The notes below the pieces were generated by a model. The model was not told the origin of the DNA, did no database searches, and was given only the letters and a program-made list of their open reading frames with translations. DNA of 64,000 nt from Candidatus Hermodarchaeum yapensis (GTDB lineage Archaea; Asgardarchaeota; Hermodarchaeia; Hermodarchaeales; Hermodarchaeaceae): positions 32,001-96,000 of the forward strand of contig JAEOSK010000002.1 in assembly GCA_016840405.1 (NCBI GenBank), written 5' to 3'. The position numbers were made by a program, and so were the translations under genes. Shown piece after piece: positions 1-9,392 of the stretch (position 1 is its first letter; every line of letters starts with the position of its first letter).

Positions 1-330
1 AATCACTTCGGTTCCCTGGCTAGGAACCATGGACTCAATGACTGCATAAGCCCAGGGACTCGGTTGCATCAGAGCAATTCCTTCGGGTTGATTTTCCTTT
101 AGCTGAGTTCTCACAATGACATTTCCTACCTTTGAGCTAACTTCAATGAAATTGCCCTCTTTGATACCTAATCGTTGTGCATCTCGAACTGAAATCGTAA
201 TACGGGCCGCCACTTTTTCATATTCTTTGGATAGGGTACCTTGACCAGCTTGGACTTCGTCAACTTCAAGTGTACGCGCAAGTAATAATCGTACTTCGAG
301 CTGTGGGTAGAGAAAATCACGTAACGCCAT
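1..330 (-). CDS. fwdD: Molybdopterin dinucleotide-binding protein, FwdD-like (runs off window edge)
   Basis: Not in ORF track; manual translation from ATG at 330: MALRDFLYPQLEVRLLLARTLEVDEVQ...SKEYEKVAARITISVRDAQRLGIKEGNFIEVSSKVGNVIVR...PEGIALMQPSPWA, matching the FwdD pattern. Confidence 0.7.
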   Translation of the reverse strand, partial: MALRDFLYPQLEVRLLLARTLEVDEVQAGQGTLSKEYEKVAARITISVRDAQRLGIKEGNFIEVSSKVGNVIVRTQLKENQPEGIALMQPSPWAYAVIESMVPSQGTEVI

Positions 331-370
331 CACTTGTCACACACCGAGTATATGGTACTATGCCTTCATA

Positions 371-518
371 TTTCTTATTTTTTGGCATGGGATAAAATTT
401 GAAAATAATAGAGCACCCTGTTGATGTTCGAATATCAGCTAAGATAACGGTACTAAGTTTCAAGAAGAGTAAGCGCTATTCCGAGAAAAAAGTTCAGTAA
501 GGCTAAGTATTGTGTGTA
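371..518 (+). repeat. Left-end repeat copy 1 (148 bp)
   Basis: Ungapped manual alignment to 1837-1984, about 120/148 identical. Confidence 0.9.
481..518 (+). repeat. 38-bp internal site copy 1
   Basis: CCGAGAAAAAAGTTCAGTAAGGCTAAGTATTGTGTGTA aligns with four other copies. Confidence 0.75.
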
Positions 519-597
519 AAGAAGCATCGATTATAGATTTTGCCAATAAAATAAATTGAAGTACGAATTCGAAAAAAGGGAGAATCACAGATTTTAA

Positions 598-1158
598 TCA
601 TTCATTCTTGCATGGATTCTTCGATTTTTCTCCCAATTTAAATTGTTTGATTTTATAGAACAACATGACCGCCAGTGCAACTAGGGTTGCTAATATACAA
701 AGATTACCAAGATTCCAAAAGATGATCACGAATTCGTTAATGGTAAAACGCCATCCCATAAATCCCCAAAGGCTTGAAGACCGGAAGGAGAGTCCAGCGA
801 AACCTCCAATTGAATACGACACAATAGCGAGAAATACTGATAAGATTATGATACCCTTTCCATATTCGGGGTTCTTCCTGTAAAGGTGGACGAAAATCAG
901 AATGGCTAGTTGTGCGCATAGGACATAACCGCCCACCATTATGATTAACTCATACGGAATATAGGAGATGCTTAAGATGATCTGGCGCAGAATTATGGAG
1001 ATGCGAAAGATGATCTGCTGTATGTGAAAGATGATCTGCTGCGGAATCATTCCTGAAACAACTATTATCCAGAGGATGGTGACGACACAGGCTAGGATGA
1101 GTGACATCAACACTATTTTTAGGAACTTGCGTTTTGCATTATTCATTCGACTTCCCAT
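598..1158 (-). CDS. Hypothetical membrane protein (~4 TM) with short internal QQIIF repeats
   Basis: ORF track; hydrophobic segments. Confidence 0.65.
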   Translation of the reverse strand: MGSRMNNAKRKFLKIVLMSLILACVVTILWIIVVSGMIPQQIIFHIQQIIFRISIILRQIILSISYIPYELIIMVGGYVLCAQLAILIFVHLYRKNPEYGKGIIILSVFLAIVSYSIGGFAGLSFRSSSLWGFMGWRFTINEFVIIFWNLGNLCILATLVALAVMLFYKIKQFKLGEKSKNPCKNE

Positions 1159-1159
1159 T

Positions 1160-1627
1160 TTATATCACTAACATTAACACAACAAATCCATCCGAGGATG
1201 CCGTAACCATATAGTTTTGGAGGATATGAAGAGTCAGCGTCATTTCAATCAATCTACTCCTCCACATATGTTTCTCGCTGTACCGATAGGGTTCGTTGTA
1301 CTCGCCGCCCTTGGCTTCCAACCAAAGCAGGTGGTGGTTCCAGCAATAGCAAAGCCTCCATTCAAACAGATCATAACCATCTTCAATCCTATAGTAACCA
1401 AGCGTGTAGGTTGTATTCCATATGGCACTCTTAATCGGAGCGTTGTACTTGTTTTTGATAGTAGACGGAAGAATATCTTGAGTCGAAACTAATACTCGAA
1501 AAGATTGTCTTTGTACTGAAGTAAAAGAAGCAAGTAGGTGCAGTATTATAATTACCGCGAATAGGTAAAGTTGTATGATTGGTGCTGTCTTGAATACCGC
1601 TTTATTCGGGTAGACAGCAGATTGCAC
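1160..1627 (-). CDS. Hypothetical protein, N-terminal hydrophobic helix, aromatic-rich
   Basis: ORF track; GGGGGAG upstream of GTG. Confidence 0.5.
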   Translation of the reverse strand: MQSAVYPNKAVFKTAPIIQLYLFAVIIILHLLASFTSVQRQSFRVLVSTQDILPSTIKNKYNAPIKSAIWNTTYTLGYYRIEDGYDLFEWRLCYCWNHHLLWLEAKGGEYNEPYRYSEKHMWRSRLIEMTLTLHILQNYMVTASSDGFVVLMLVI

Positions 1628-1706
1628 TTAACTCCCCTGAACATGAGAAGATAGCAATTCGAAGTACAAAAACACTCGTATTCACAGCTAGGAGCTAGAT
1701 GTTTTT

Positions 1707-1744
1707 CTGACGAAAAATTTTAGTAAGGCTTGGATTTGTAAGTT
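1707..1744 (+). repeat. 38-bp internal site copy 2
   Basis: CTGACGAAAAATTTTAGTAAGGCTTGGATTTGTAAGTT. Confidence 0.75.
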
Positions 1745-1804
1745 CAAACTAATTATTAGTTGATTAATTGAATTTGCTATACATTAGATGTAAACATATA
1801 ATTA

Positions 1805-1846
1805 CAGGAAAATATACCTCAATGTTGATTAAAATATTTCTTATTT
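1805..1846 (+). repeat. Right-end repeat copy 1 (42 bp)
   Basis: 36/42 identical, ungapped, to 8577-8618. Confidence 0.85.
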
Positions 1847-1984
1847 TTTGACAGAGCATAAGATATGAAAATAATAGAGTACCCTGTTGCTGTTCGAATA
1901 TCAGTTAAGAATACGGGACTATGTTTCGCGTAGAGTAAGCGCTATTCTGAGGAAAAATTTCAGTGAGCTCTGATTTTGTGAGTA
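1837..1984 (+). repeat. Left-end repeat copy 2, including 38-bp site copy 3 at 1947-1984
   Basis: Matches 371-518. Confidence 0.9.
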
Positions 1985-2304
1985 TTAAATCTTTTACACT
2001 CACAGGTTAACATAATAGAAAAACGAATAAAATAATCAAACTCTTAGGGAATACTCATCTTTAGTAAATATATGTCTGACTGAAACTCCTGCTGGTTCCT
2101 CCTTACTAAGGTCCAACGACTTGCAGTACTCTCTATTTGTTGAGTATTTTTTTGAATCCATCACACAACTCAGGGTTGCGGAGTATAACTCTGATTGTCG
2201 CAACTGAATCTGATAGATATTTGATTTCGTAGCGATTGGTTTTACGGAAAACCCTGGAAAGCATTTCGTAGTCTGGAGTATTACGCCATAAATACATGAG
2301 AACC

Positions 2305-2336
2305 AAAAAAAGAAAAGAAGGGAGGCCAAGCCTCCC
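2305..2336 (-). terminator. Hairpin plus U-tract after 2347..2835
   Basis: GGGAGGC-TTG-GCCTCCC followed by TTCTTTTCTTTTTTT on minus strand. Confidence 0.7.
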
Positions 2337-2346
2337 AAAAATGCAA

Positions 2347-2835
2347 TCACTCAGTTACAATAAGGGTTTCAATAAAGACCAGCACAGGTTCGTGTCCGAT
2401 ATAAAGCTCGACTCGCCAGTCATACTCGCCGGGTGTGAAGTAGTCCGCTTCGAAAATTATATAGTAAATGAACGCGTGATAAGGTCCTGGTAACTCTGGG
2501 TCATAGTAGTCTTTATCGTTGAAAACAAAGTGTTTGTTCTTAAGATCGATTTCCGTGTCGTCAATGAATAGCTTCGCTTCAAAAGGTCGCCATTCTGAGA
2601 GAAAATTACTCGGAATACCAAAGCAGCCGTGCCATACGTTACTTTGTTTACTAGCACTAATTTCCATACTAACCCACGGATGAATACGTTGGCCATGGCT
2701 CTCTATCCAATCTACAAACTCCCACGGACCATATTGTTTTGCTTGCACGGATTGTAGACAGGGGAGCACGCAGAACACGAGCAAACACACCAGACTTACT
2801 TTTAGCAACTGTTTCTGTTTCATTGAAATTTCCAC
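2347..2835 (-). CDS. Secreted hypothetical protein
   Basis: Signal peptide MKQKQLLKVSLVCLL...VQA; beta-rich mature part. Confidence 0.7.
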   Translation of the reverse strand: MEISMKQKQLLKVSLVCLLVFCVLPCLQSVQAKQYGPWEFVDWIESHGQRIHPWVSMEISASKQSNVWHGCFGIPSNFLSEWRPFEAKLFIDDTEIDLKNKHFVFNDKDYYDPELPGPYHAFIYYIIFEADYFTPGEYDWRVELYIGHEPVLVFIETLIVTE

Positions 2836-2948
2836 TCCAATTGTACGCCACTTCGTGGCGTCGAGTTAAAGTATGATATATATCGTATATAAGAGTTAGA
2901 GGTTTTTTTCTCTACACGCCGTTTTACTTAGATAAACATTTAACCATC

Positions 2949-2986
2949 AGATAAAAAAAGCCCAGTAAGGCTTGGGTTTATGAGTA
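2949..2986 (+). repeat. 38-bp internal site copy 4 (partial extra copy at 3041-3058)
   Basis: AGATAAAAAAAGCCCAGTAAGGCTTGGGTTTATGAGTA. Confidence 0.75.
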
Positions 2987-3106
2987 GTGTCTTTAGTGTT
3001 AGTGGCGATTTCTTCTTTCGCCACATAAGATGAGCGTTGCGTGATTCTGTGAGTAAAAGCATATCGGATGTCTTTGACCCACTTCTTTTAGTTTTTATTG
3101 GATTAT

Positions 3107-4063
3107 TCAAGGCTTCTTCCTGATAACCCCTGAGAAACCCATTAAGATTAATCCGATTAGGGAAATAAGCAAGGCTACCCCGGATAAAATGAGTGGAAGT
3201 GGATTCTCAGGCGTCATCCAGGGGTATCGAGGGCTTCCAGTGACCCCGGATAAATAGTATGTGAAGTAAAAAAATACTGCCAAGAGTATTCCCATTATGC
3301 ATACGGTGATACCACTCCACCGCATGATTGTACCAATTAGTGTAAAATCTCTTTTGAAGTAGAAATCTGACTCTATTGGTTCAAGTGAATGATAGAATCT
3401 TAGTATCCCTAAGACTGCTGCTCCAAATATGGACACAATTTGTAGTATTGGTAGAAAATAACCTAATGAGAATACAGATATTGGGAGAAAGTACCACGAA
3501 CCAAATGCAATTGTAAGGATACCTGCAATTATGAAAAAGGTAGTAGTAGTCTTTTGAATCGAATGGGATTTCGAATTAATTGGTATCTTCCTAAAAGCTA
3601 TTCCCCAGATTACCAAACCAAACCCGATTAGGAGATTAAGGGCTAAAAGCGTGTACAATTCGGAGAAAATGAAGATAATGAAAGCCGGTTGTGTAAGTAT
3701 TGTTGGCAACCAGAATTGGAAAGAAAGAAATAGTGCCGTAATTGTAATTCCTGTAAACAGGATAGAATAGCCAGTAACAAACAGGGCTATTTCAGACTGA
3801 TAAATTCTCCAATACCCCAAGAATGCGACCCCGATGAGAATTACACTTAGAAACTTCAGGAAAAAGATGACAATCCAGGTTCCTTGAGGTAACCCCATGT
3901 ATGCTCCTGCATTAAGAGAATAAGCAACAATTAGTAGGATCATTCCGATGATCCCAAGGTGAAAATAGACTCTTATCCGAGCCTCAGGCTGTTCAACAGG
4001 TTTTAGAGTTCGCTCTTTTGCACTTTCAATCGAAAATGTGATATTCGGCAAGAATTCCCGCAC
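3107..4063 (-). CDS. Multi-pass membrane hypothetical protein (~8 TM)
   Basis: ORF track; hydrophobic helices. Confidence 0.7.
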   Translation of the reverse strand: MREFLPNITFSIESAKERTLKPVEQPEARIRVYFHLGIIGMILLIVAYSLNAGAYMGLPQGTWIVIFFLKFLSVILIGVAFLGYWRIYQSEIALFVTGYSILFTGITITALFLSFQFWLPTILTQPAFIIFIFSELYTLLALNLLIGFGLVIWGIAFRKIPINSKSHSIQKTTTTFFIIAGILTIAFGSWYFLPISVFSLGYFLPILQIVSIFGAAVLGILRFYHSLEPIESDFYFKRDFTLIGTIMRWSGITVCIMGILLAVFFYFTYYLSGVTGSPRYPWMTPENPLPLILSGVALLISLIGLILMGFSGVIRKKP

Positions 4064-4131
4064 CCACAGGTTTGAAGGTGTATCGAATTAATAAGCGTTT
4101 AGAAAACAATCGTGAAGATCAAATTTCCCAA

Positions 4132-4169
4132 TTGATTAAAAAAATAAGAAAGGCCTGGTTTTGTGAGTA
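4132..4169 (+). repeat. 38-bp internal site copy 5
   Basis: TTGATTAAAAAAATAAGAAAGGCCTGGTTTTGTGAGTA. Confidence 0.65.
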
Positions 4170-4315
4170 AAAAGGCGTTAGTTATCCCAAGTTGACTATG
4201 AATTTTTTCCTCAGAGGGTTCTTCGCCCCCTTCATTACACTAATAAGGTGAATCTGAACCAGTAATGCTTGAGGGAATTGCCGGTAACGCCCCACACTAG
4301 GAGCTGACCGTCACC

Positions 4316-6274
4316 ATGGGGATGTCATACAAGAATCGTCTCCTCTTCTGTTCACTCATACTCATCTGCTTAATTGGCGCCACAAGTCTTTTTGCACCTG
4401 ACACTTCGGTAACGAGTCGGGCGGATTGGACCTATCCTAGTGGCTTCGACCCCCATGGTGGCCATATTGACCGATTGACTATGGTAGTTTATCCTTCAAA
4501 TGCGACATCGAGAGCTCTACAGGATTTGGAGGCGAACAATATCTATGCCTACGACGACAACGTCCCCCTTTCTTCCATCGATGAACTCGTAATGCAATCC
4601 AACATTGAGGTCAATACGGAACAGGGTACCGGCTTACTCTTATTCTCATTCCGCAATTGGTTCCCCGCAAACATTTCGGGGTATCGTCGTGCACTCGCTT
4701 ATGCACTAGATAAATACGTTGTATGTGAACGGTCAACCGATGGCTATGCATTGCCTATTGATGGGGTTATCCCTCTTGCCAACTCAACTTATTCGTATGA
4801 ATCCCAGATTACCGAGTATTTCTATAGTAAAGAAATTGTGAAAGCAAATGCTTCCTTGGAAGCTTGTGGTTTCCGCGATTTGGACGGTGACGGCTGGCGT
4901 GAATACGATGCAAACAACAACAGCCTATGGGACGCTGATATAGACGTTGATGATGGCAGTTGGGCTCACGATTTCTTATGGCTTCCCATATACGTATGGC
5001 TAGGTGACGATCCTGCTTTTCATGCTGCTGAAATACTGGTTGAAGGTATGGCAGAATGTGGGCTTCATGGAGCTGTTATTGAATGGGACCCATATACATA
5101 TACTGAGTGGCCCCCTGAGAAGGCCTGGTGTTCCATGTGGAATGGACCAATTTCTGAAGAGCCAAACTTCCTTTATTTATTACATACTGGTTCTTATACC
5201 AGTCAATACTTGGACTACAGTAATCCAGAGTATGATGTAAACGTCACTCTCATGTACGGGGCTTCAACGAAACTAGAGGTTCGAGACTGGGCCTGGAACT
5301 GTTCTCAGATTCTTCTCCAGGATATGCCAATCATCCCGTGCTATAACGATGTCATCACCCAAGCTTACTGGACCGATCTGTGGGAGGGCTATGTGAATAT
5401 GCTGGGGGTCAATCGGTTGGGGAATAATCCCTGGACCTTTACCCACCTCCGCCTTAAGGATGAAGCGGGTGGTCCATTTGGTCCCTACCCCACAGAATAC
5501 CTTTGTGCCCTTACTGAGGGGATGGATTCTACGAATATTCGAGTATCCAGCAGTCGTTACGCGGATCGGGTGTTTATGAATGTGTATAGTCGTTTATGGC
5601 AGATGGATCCCCTCACCTGGGAGGAAGTCCCTGACCTCGCATACGACTGGATGATTGAACCCACTGAGCCTTCCGGGGATATCCGCTTGGGACAGAAGTT
5701 CACCTTCCACCTTTATGAGAACGTAACCTGGCATGATGGGACGCTTTTCACTGCTCAGGATGTTGCATTCAGTTTTAATCATATTTGGAAAGGGATGAGT
5801 AGTTGGGAAGGCGGTTTCTATACAACTGACCCTGTCGATAATATCTATCGCATCGACACCCCTGACGATTATACTGTTGTCATTTACACCAACCAAACTG
5901 GATACTTGGAATTTTATAAAGGCACACATCACTATATCCTGCCAAAACATATTTGGGAACAACATCTATGGAATGGAACCGACTCTCTCATGGATTGGGA
6001 GCCTTCAACACCACAGGATTTGGTAGGAACTGGCCCGTTTCGTTGGGTGAATCGAGTTCCCGGTTCGTATATCGTGTTGGATCGCCATTATAACTGGCAT
6101 TTCACTGTTGATCAGTCTCTACGAACACCAATGATTCCATGGACTCTATACATATTCATTTCTCTGGGAATTATCATTGTTCTCATCCAGATCGGGATTC
6201 TCGGATATCTCCTCAATAAGCGAAGGGCGTCTAAGACCAAACATCAATATAACCAGAAAAAGGGTGACGCCTGA
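4316..6274 (+). CDS. ABC transporter solute-binding protein family 5 (DppA/OppA-like), C-terminal TM anchor
   Basis: FTFHLYENVTWHDGTLFTAQDVAFS, VGTGPF; signal peptide; TM plus basic tail. Confidence 0.85.
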   Translation: MGMSYKNRLLFCSLILICLIGATSLFAPDTSVTSRADWTYPSGFDPHGGHIDRLTMVVYPSNATSRALQDLEANNIYAYDDNVPLSSIDELVMQSNIEVNTEQGTGLLLFSFRNWFPANISGYRRALAYALDKYVVCERSTDGYALPIDGVIPLANSTYSYESQITEYFYSKEIVKANASLEACGFRDLDGDGWREYDANNNSLWDADIDVDDGSWAHDFLWLPIYVWLGDDPAFHAAEILVEGMAECGLHGAVIEWDPYTYTEWPPEKAWCSMWNGPISEEPNFLYLLHTGSYTSQYLDYSNPEYDVNVTLMYGASTKLEVRDWAWNCSQILLQDMPIIPCYNDVITQAYWTDLWEGYVNMLGVNRLGNNPWTFTHLRLKDEAGGPFGPYPTEYLCALTEGMDSTNIRVSSSRYADRVFMNVYSRLWQMDPLTWEEVPDLAYDWMIEPTEPSGDIRLGQKFTFHLYENVTWHDGTLFTAQDVAFSFNHIWKGMSSWEGGFYTTDPVDNIYRIDTPDDYTVVIYTNQTGYLEFYKGTHHYILPKHIWEQHLWNGTDSLMDWEPSTPQDLVGTGPFRWVNRVPGSYIVLDRHYNWHFTVDQSLRTPMIPWTLYIFISLGIIIVLIQIGILGYLLNKRRASKTKHQYNQKKGDA

Positions 6275-6275
6275 G

Positions 6276-8159
6276 ATGAGACACAAACCAAGAATAACCC
6301 TTTGGGTAGGTGTGGTTTTTTTTTGTATACTCATCTTCATTCAGGGCTGTTCCTCCCTCTCCTCACAACCCATTCCATCAAAGACGTGGACCTATCCCGA
6401 CGGTTATGACCCCCACGGCGGATACCTGGACCGGGTGACCTTCGTCGTCTATCCCCCCGAAGACGAACAACTGGGGCTCCAAGCCCTTCAGGCGAACATT
6501 ATCTATGCGTGGGACGAGCATGTCTCTGCCGAGAACATTACCGAGCTTGAAGCGGCACCCGGTGTGGAGGTTGCCACTGAACCCGGGGATTTGTATCGCA
6601 TGTTTGCGCTTGACTGTGGAACATTCCCCATGAATATTACCGGATACCGGCGAGCTATTGCTTTTGCCCTAGATAAATATGCTGTCGTTCAGGGGTCAAC
6701 AGATGGCCTTGGATTACCCCAAGATTGTGCAATTCCACGCGCTCTGACCAATTGGACCTATGAAAGTCAGCTCACTGAAACCTACTATGCACAAGATATC
6801 GTCAAAGCTAACGCCTCCTTGGAGGCAGCAGGTTTCCGAGACCTCACGAGTGACGGCTGGCGAGACTACGATGCGGATTTGAGTGGGACACTAACCTCTG
6901 GCGATAAGAATAGTCATGAAGTCGCGATCAGTTTTTTATATACAGGACATATTCCCTTGACCAATGCTATCACATTGGCAATAGAAGGATTGGCTAAGTG
7001 TGGTATTCGTGCTTATACCGTCCCTTGGGACCCTTACGATCCTATTGGACGATATTATGATGTAGGGACTCATACAATCAATCTTAAGGAATCCGGGGAT
7101 CTGTTTTTGTTGTATCACTTTTTCCATAGTTCCACAGGTGCCAACGAATGGTATTTTGGAGGCTGGAGGAACGACACTTACAATCAATACGCTGAGAACC
7201 TGATGGCTGCACGAACCAAAGAGGAGGTTCAGTACTGGACCTGGAAATGTCAGGAGATTCTTTGGTATGAACAGCCCATGATTGTCTGCTACAACGACGT
7301 CTTTACCAATGCTTATCGAACGGACATCTGGGAAGACTACATCAACATGCAAGGTCGGAACCGGATCGGGAACGGCTACAGCCTCGTGCACATCAAGCTC
7401 AAGGAAGAAGCAGGCGGTCCCTTCGGGTGTTTCCCTACCGAGTATATCATGAGCCTGAACGAAGGGCTAGATACGACCAACTATCTACGGAGCAATTCAG
7501 AATACACAAAAACGGTATTCCAGCTCGTCTACGAGAGACTTTGGACCTACTCACCCTATGATTGGACCCCCCAGCCGTCACTCGCCTATGCTTGGGAAAC
7601 GGAAGCTACTGTTGCCTCCGGGGATATCCAAGAGGGGGAGAAGTACACTTTCCATCTCTTTGAGAATGCCACCTGGCACGATGGAACTCCGGTCACTGCC
7701 GATGATGTGGCATTTAGTGTGTCACTGGGATTACAAGATCCGTACAACGCGGAAAACTATCAACACGTTTACAAGACCAACATTGTCGATAACATGACGA
7801 TTGAAATCTTCACCAACGCAACGGGCTTCTTCGAGTGGACACGGGCCACGGGTTTTACCGTCTATCCCGCACACATCTGGTCACTCCCATCTAGCATCTT
7901 CTCGTGGGTTCCAACCGTGCCTGAACTGGTGGGGTCCGGACCCTACATCTTCGCTGCCTATGTCCAAGGGCAATATGTGGTGTTGGACCGCAATCCTGAG
8001 TGGCACTTTGCTGTATCACAACCTCCACGCACTCCATGTCCTGTAACAGTTGATTGCTTTTGGTGTTATCCTTTGCTCTTGGGGATCATCATTATTCAAG
8101 TTTGCATCTTAGTGTATTTGGTTAATCGGCGTCGCAGTAGGGACGCTTCCAAGAAATGA
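6276..8159 (+). CDS. ABC solute-binding protein family 5, paralog of upstream gene
   Basis: TWHDGTPVTADDVAFS, VGSGPY; start moved to ATG 6276. Confidence 0.85.
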   Translation: MRHKPRITLWVGVVFFCILIFIQGCSSLSSQPIPSKTWTYPDGYDPHGGYLDRVTFVVYPPEDEQLGLQALQANIIYAWDEHVSAENITELEAAPGVEVATEPGDLYRMFALDCGTFPMNITGYRRAIAFALDKYAVVQGSTDGLGLPQDCAIPRALTNWTYESQLTETYYAQDIVKANASLEAAGFRDLTSDGWRDYDADLSGTLTSGDKNSHEVAISFLYTGHIPLTNAITLAIEGLAKCGIRAYTVPWDPYDPIGRYYDVGTHTINLKESGDLFLLYHFFHSSTGANEWYFGGWRNDTYNQYAENLMAARTKEEVQYWTWKCQEILWYEQPMIVCYNDVFTNAYRTDIWEDYINMQGRNRIGNGYSLVHIKLKEEAGGPFGCFPTEYIMSLNEGLDTTNYLRSNSEYTKTVFQLVYERLWTYSPYDWTPQPSLAYAWETEATVASGDIQEGEKYTFHLFENATWHDGTPVTADDVAFSVSLGLQDPYNAENYQHVYKTNIVDNMTIEIFTNATGFFEWTRATGFTVYPAHIWSLPSSIFSWVPTVPELVGSGPYIFAAYVQGQYVVLDRNPEWHFAVSQPPRTPCPVTVDCFWCYPLLLGIIIIQVCILVYLVNRRRSRDASKK

Positions 8160-8194
8160 CAAATCTAAACTTGTGTTTAATGGGAGTCGAGAGA

Positions 8195-8359
8195 TTATTT
8201 TAATTTATTGCGGTGGGGTTCGGCGTAAAAGTTCATGACGCAGCAGAAAGGGTGAAAGGTTTCAGAATGGGTAACGCCTTCGGGGATGAAATAGGATTTC
8301 CCGGGATTCAACTCATGGGTCATGCCACTGATGGTGAGTGTAAAGGAGCCTTCGACGGT
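8195..8359 (-). pseudogene. 3' remnant of cupin-domain gene
   Basis: TVEGSFTLTISGMTHELNPGKSYFIPEGVTHS...FYAEPHR*, preceded by in-frame stop, no start. Confidence 0.6.
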
Positions 8360-8548
8360 TCACGGGGCCCCCAGCTCACTTGCTGGAATCAGTATCAACG
8401 TCGTGTCTGGAAGAACGGTTAAGGAGAAAGAATTCAATTTTATTTATGGGATTGGAAAAGAGTGATGAACCGTACTGATAACGTGGTGATCGCACTGTTC
8501 ATTTCTGGCGTGTGTGTTGCGGTGGAGAATCACCATCAAACGGCTGAA

Positions 8549-8618
8549 AATATTCCTCAGGTGCAAGAATATACCTCAGGAAAATATACCTGAGTGGTTA
8601 TTGAAATGTTTCTTATTT
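8549..8618 (+). repeat. Right-end repeat copy 2 with three tandem AATATWCCTSAG sites
   Basis: Sites at 8549-8560, 8568-8579, 8583-8594; core 8609-8618. Confidence 0.8.
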
Positions 8619-8705
8619 CCATCACTCAATCACAAAGCATAATAAGCCAAAATTGGAAGCCAAGCCAGAGACAACACCTAGATTTCCATTCGGAGACGAC
8701 TTAAC

Positions 8706-9392
8706 GTGACTTATGCGTACGCCTATCGGCCCTTGAGGCCGTATATGACATATACGCTCATTCTCCTTAATACCTTCATTCATCTCATGCAATACGTCAT
8801 ACCAATGATAACCACAGTCTTTACCATGGTTCCCGCTAATATCATTGTGGGTCAAGCACTCATCACGTTGGTAACGAGTACTTTCCTTCATGCCGATTTT
8901 TTCCATCTTTTTATTAACATGTACTTTCTCTTCATCTTCGGAACCGTGGTCGAGGGAGAAATGCATCCTTTCTCCTACTTTGCTCTCTATCTCGTAGCCG
9001 GAATCTTCGGAAGCCTCGGACACGTCCTCATTACTGCAACTTTGGGAGTTATCTTTGATCCAATGGGTATTGGTATTGGTATTCCCGCTCTCGGTGCCTC
9101 TGGTGCCATTTTTGGTGTCATGGCGGCGTACGCCTACCTCCTCCCACGTCGTCCTCTTGGGGTCTATAGGGATGGTGGACGAACCACAGCCGCCTGGAGT
9201 ATTATCATCATCTATTTCTTCCTTGAACTCTTCCAGATGTTTCTCTCATTCGGAAGTGGCGTAGCCCATGGAGCTCATGTTTTCGGTTTTGTTGGGGGAT
9301 TCATCTTCGCTCTTTTCTATCGGTTTATTCGCATTCAAATGAATAAACGGAGACCTGAAGTCCAATATGATCCCTACGAATACTATGTGTGA
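8706..9392 (+). CDS. Rhomboid intramembrane serine protease
   Basis: FLHADFFHLFINM, GASGA, AHVFGFVGG. Confidence 0.92.
   Translation: MTYAYAYRPLRPYMTYTLILLNTFIHLMQYVIPMITTVFTMVPANIIVGQALITLVTSTFLHADFFHLFINMYFLFIFGTVVEGEMHPFSYFALYLVAGIFGSLGHVLITATLGVIFDPMGIGIGIPALGASGAIFGVMAAYAYLLPRRPLGVYRDGGRTTAAWSIIIIYFFLELFQMFLSFGSGVAHGAHVFGFVGGFIFALFYRFIRIQMNKRRPEVQYDPYEYYV

Larger units (their letters stand above)
371..1846. mobile_element. Integrated unit 1 (non-autonomous), bounded by TTTCTTATTT direct repeats
   Basis: Core at 371-380 and 1837-1846; left end matches 1837-1984, right end matches 8577-8618. Confidence 0.6.
1837..8618. mobile_element. Integrated unit 2 (non-autonomous) carrying secreted/membrane genes and two ABC solute-binding proteins
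   Basis: Core TTTCTTATTT at 1837-1846 and 8609-8618; conserved left and right ends. Confidence 0.55.

Noticed and set aside
399-500. 33-aa ORF inside the left-end repeat
   Set aside because: Second copy has an internal stop; no recognisable family
2036-2350. ORF-track 104-aa ORF
   Set aside because: Its hydrophobic start is the terminator hairpin and T-tract of the upstream gene; the rest is unrecognisable
481-4169. CRISPR interpretation of the 38-bp repeats
   Set aside because: Spacing of 0.2-1.2 kb, degenerate copies, no cas genes
4251-4276. TPP-riboswitch-like CTGAACCAGTAATGCTTGAGGGA before the SBP genes
   Set aside because: No GCTGAGA motif or convincing P1-P3 stems
8360-8362. TGA as selenocysteine in the cupin remnant
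   Set aside because: Not a Cys-type position, upstream frame is not cupin-like, no SECIS seen
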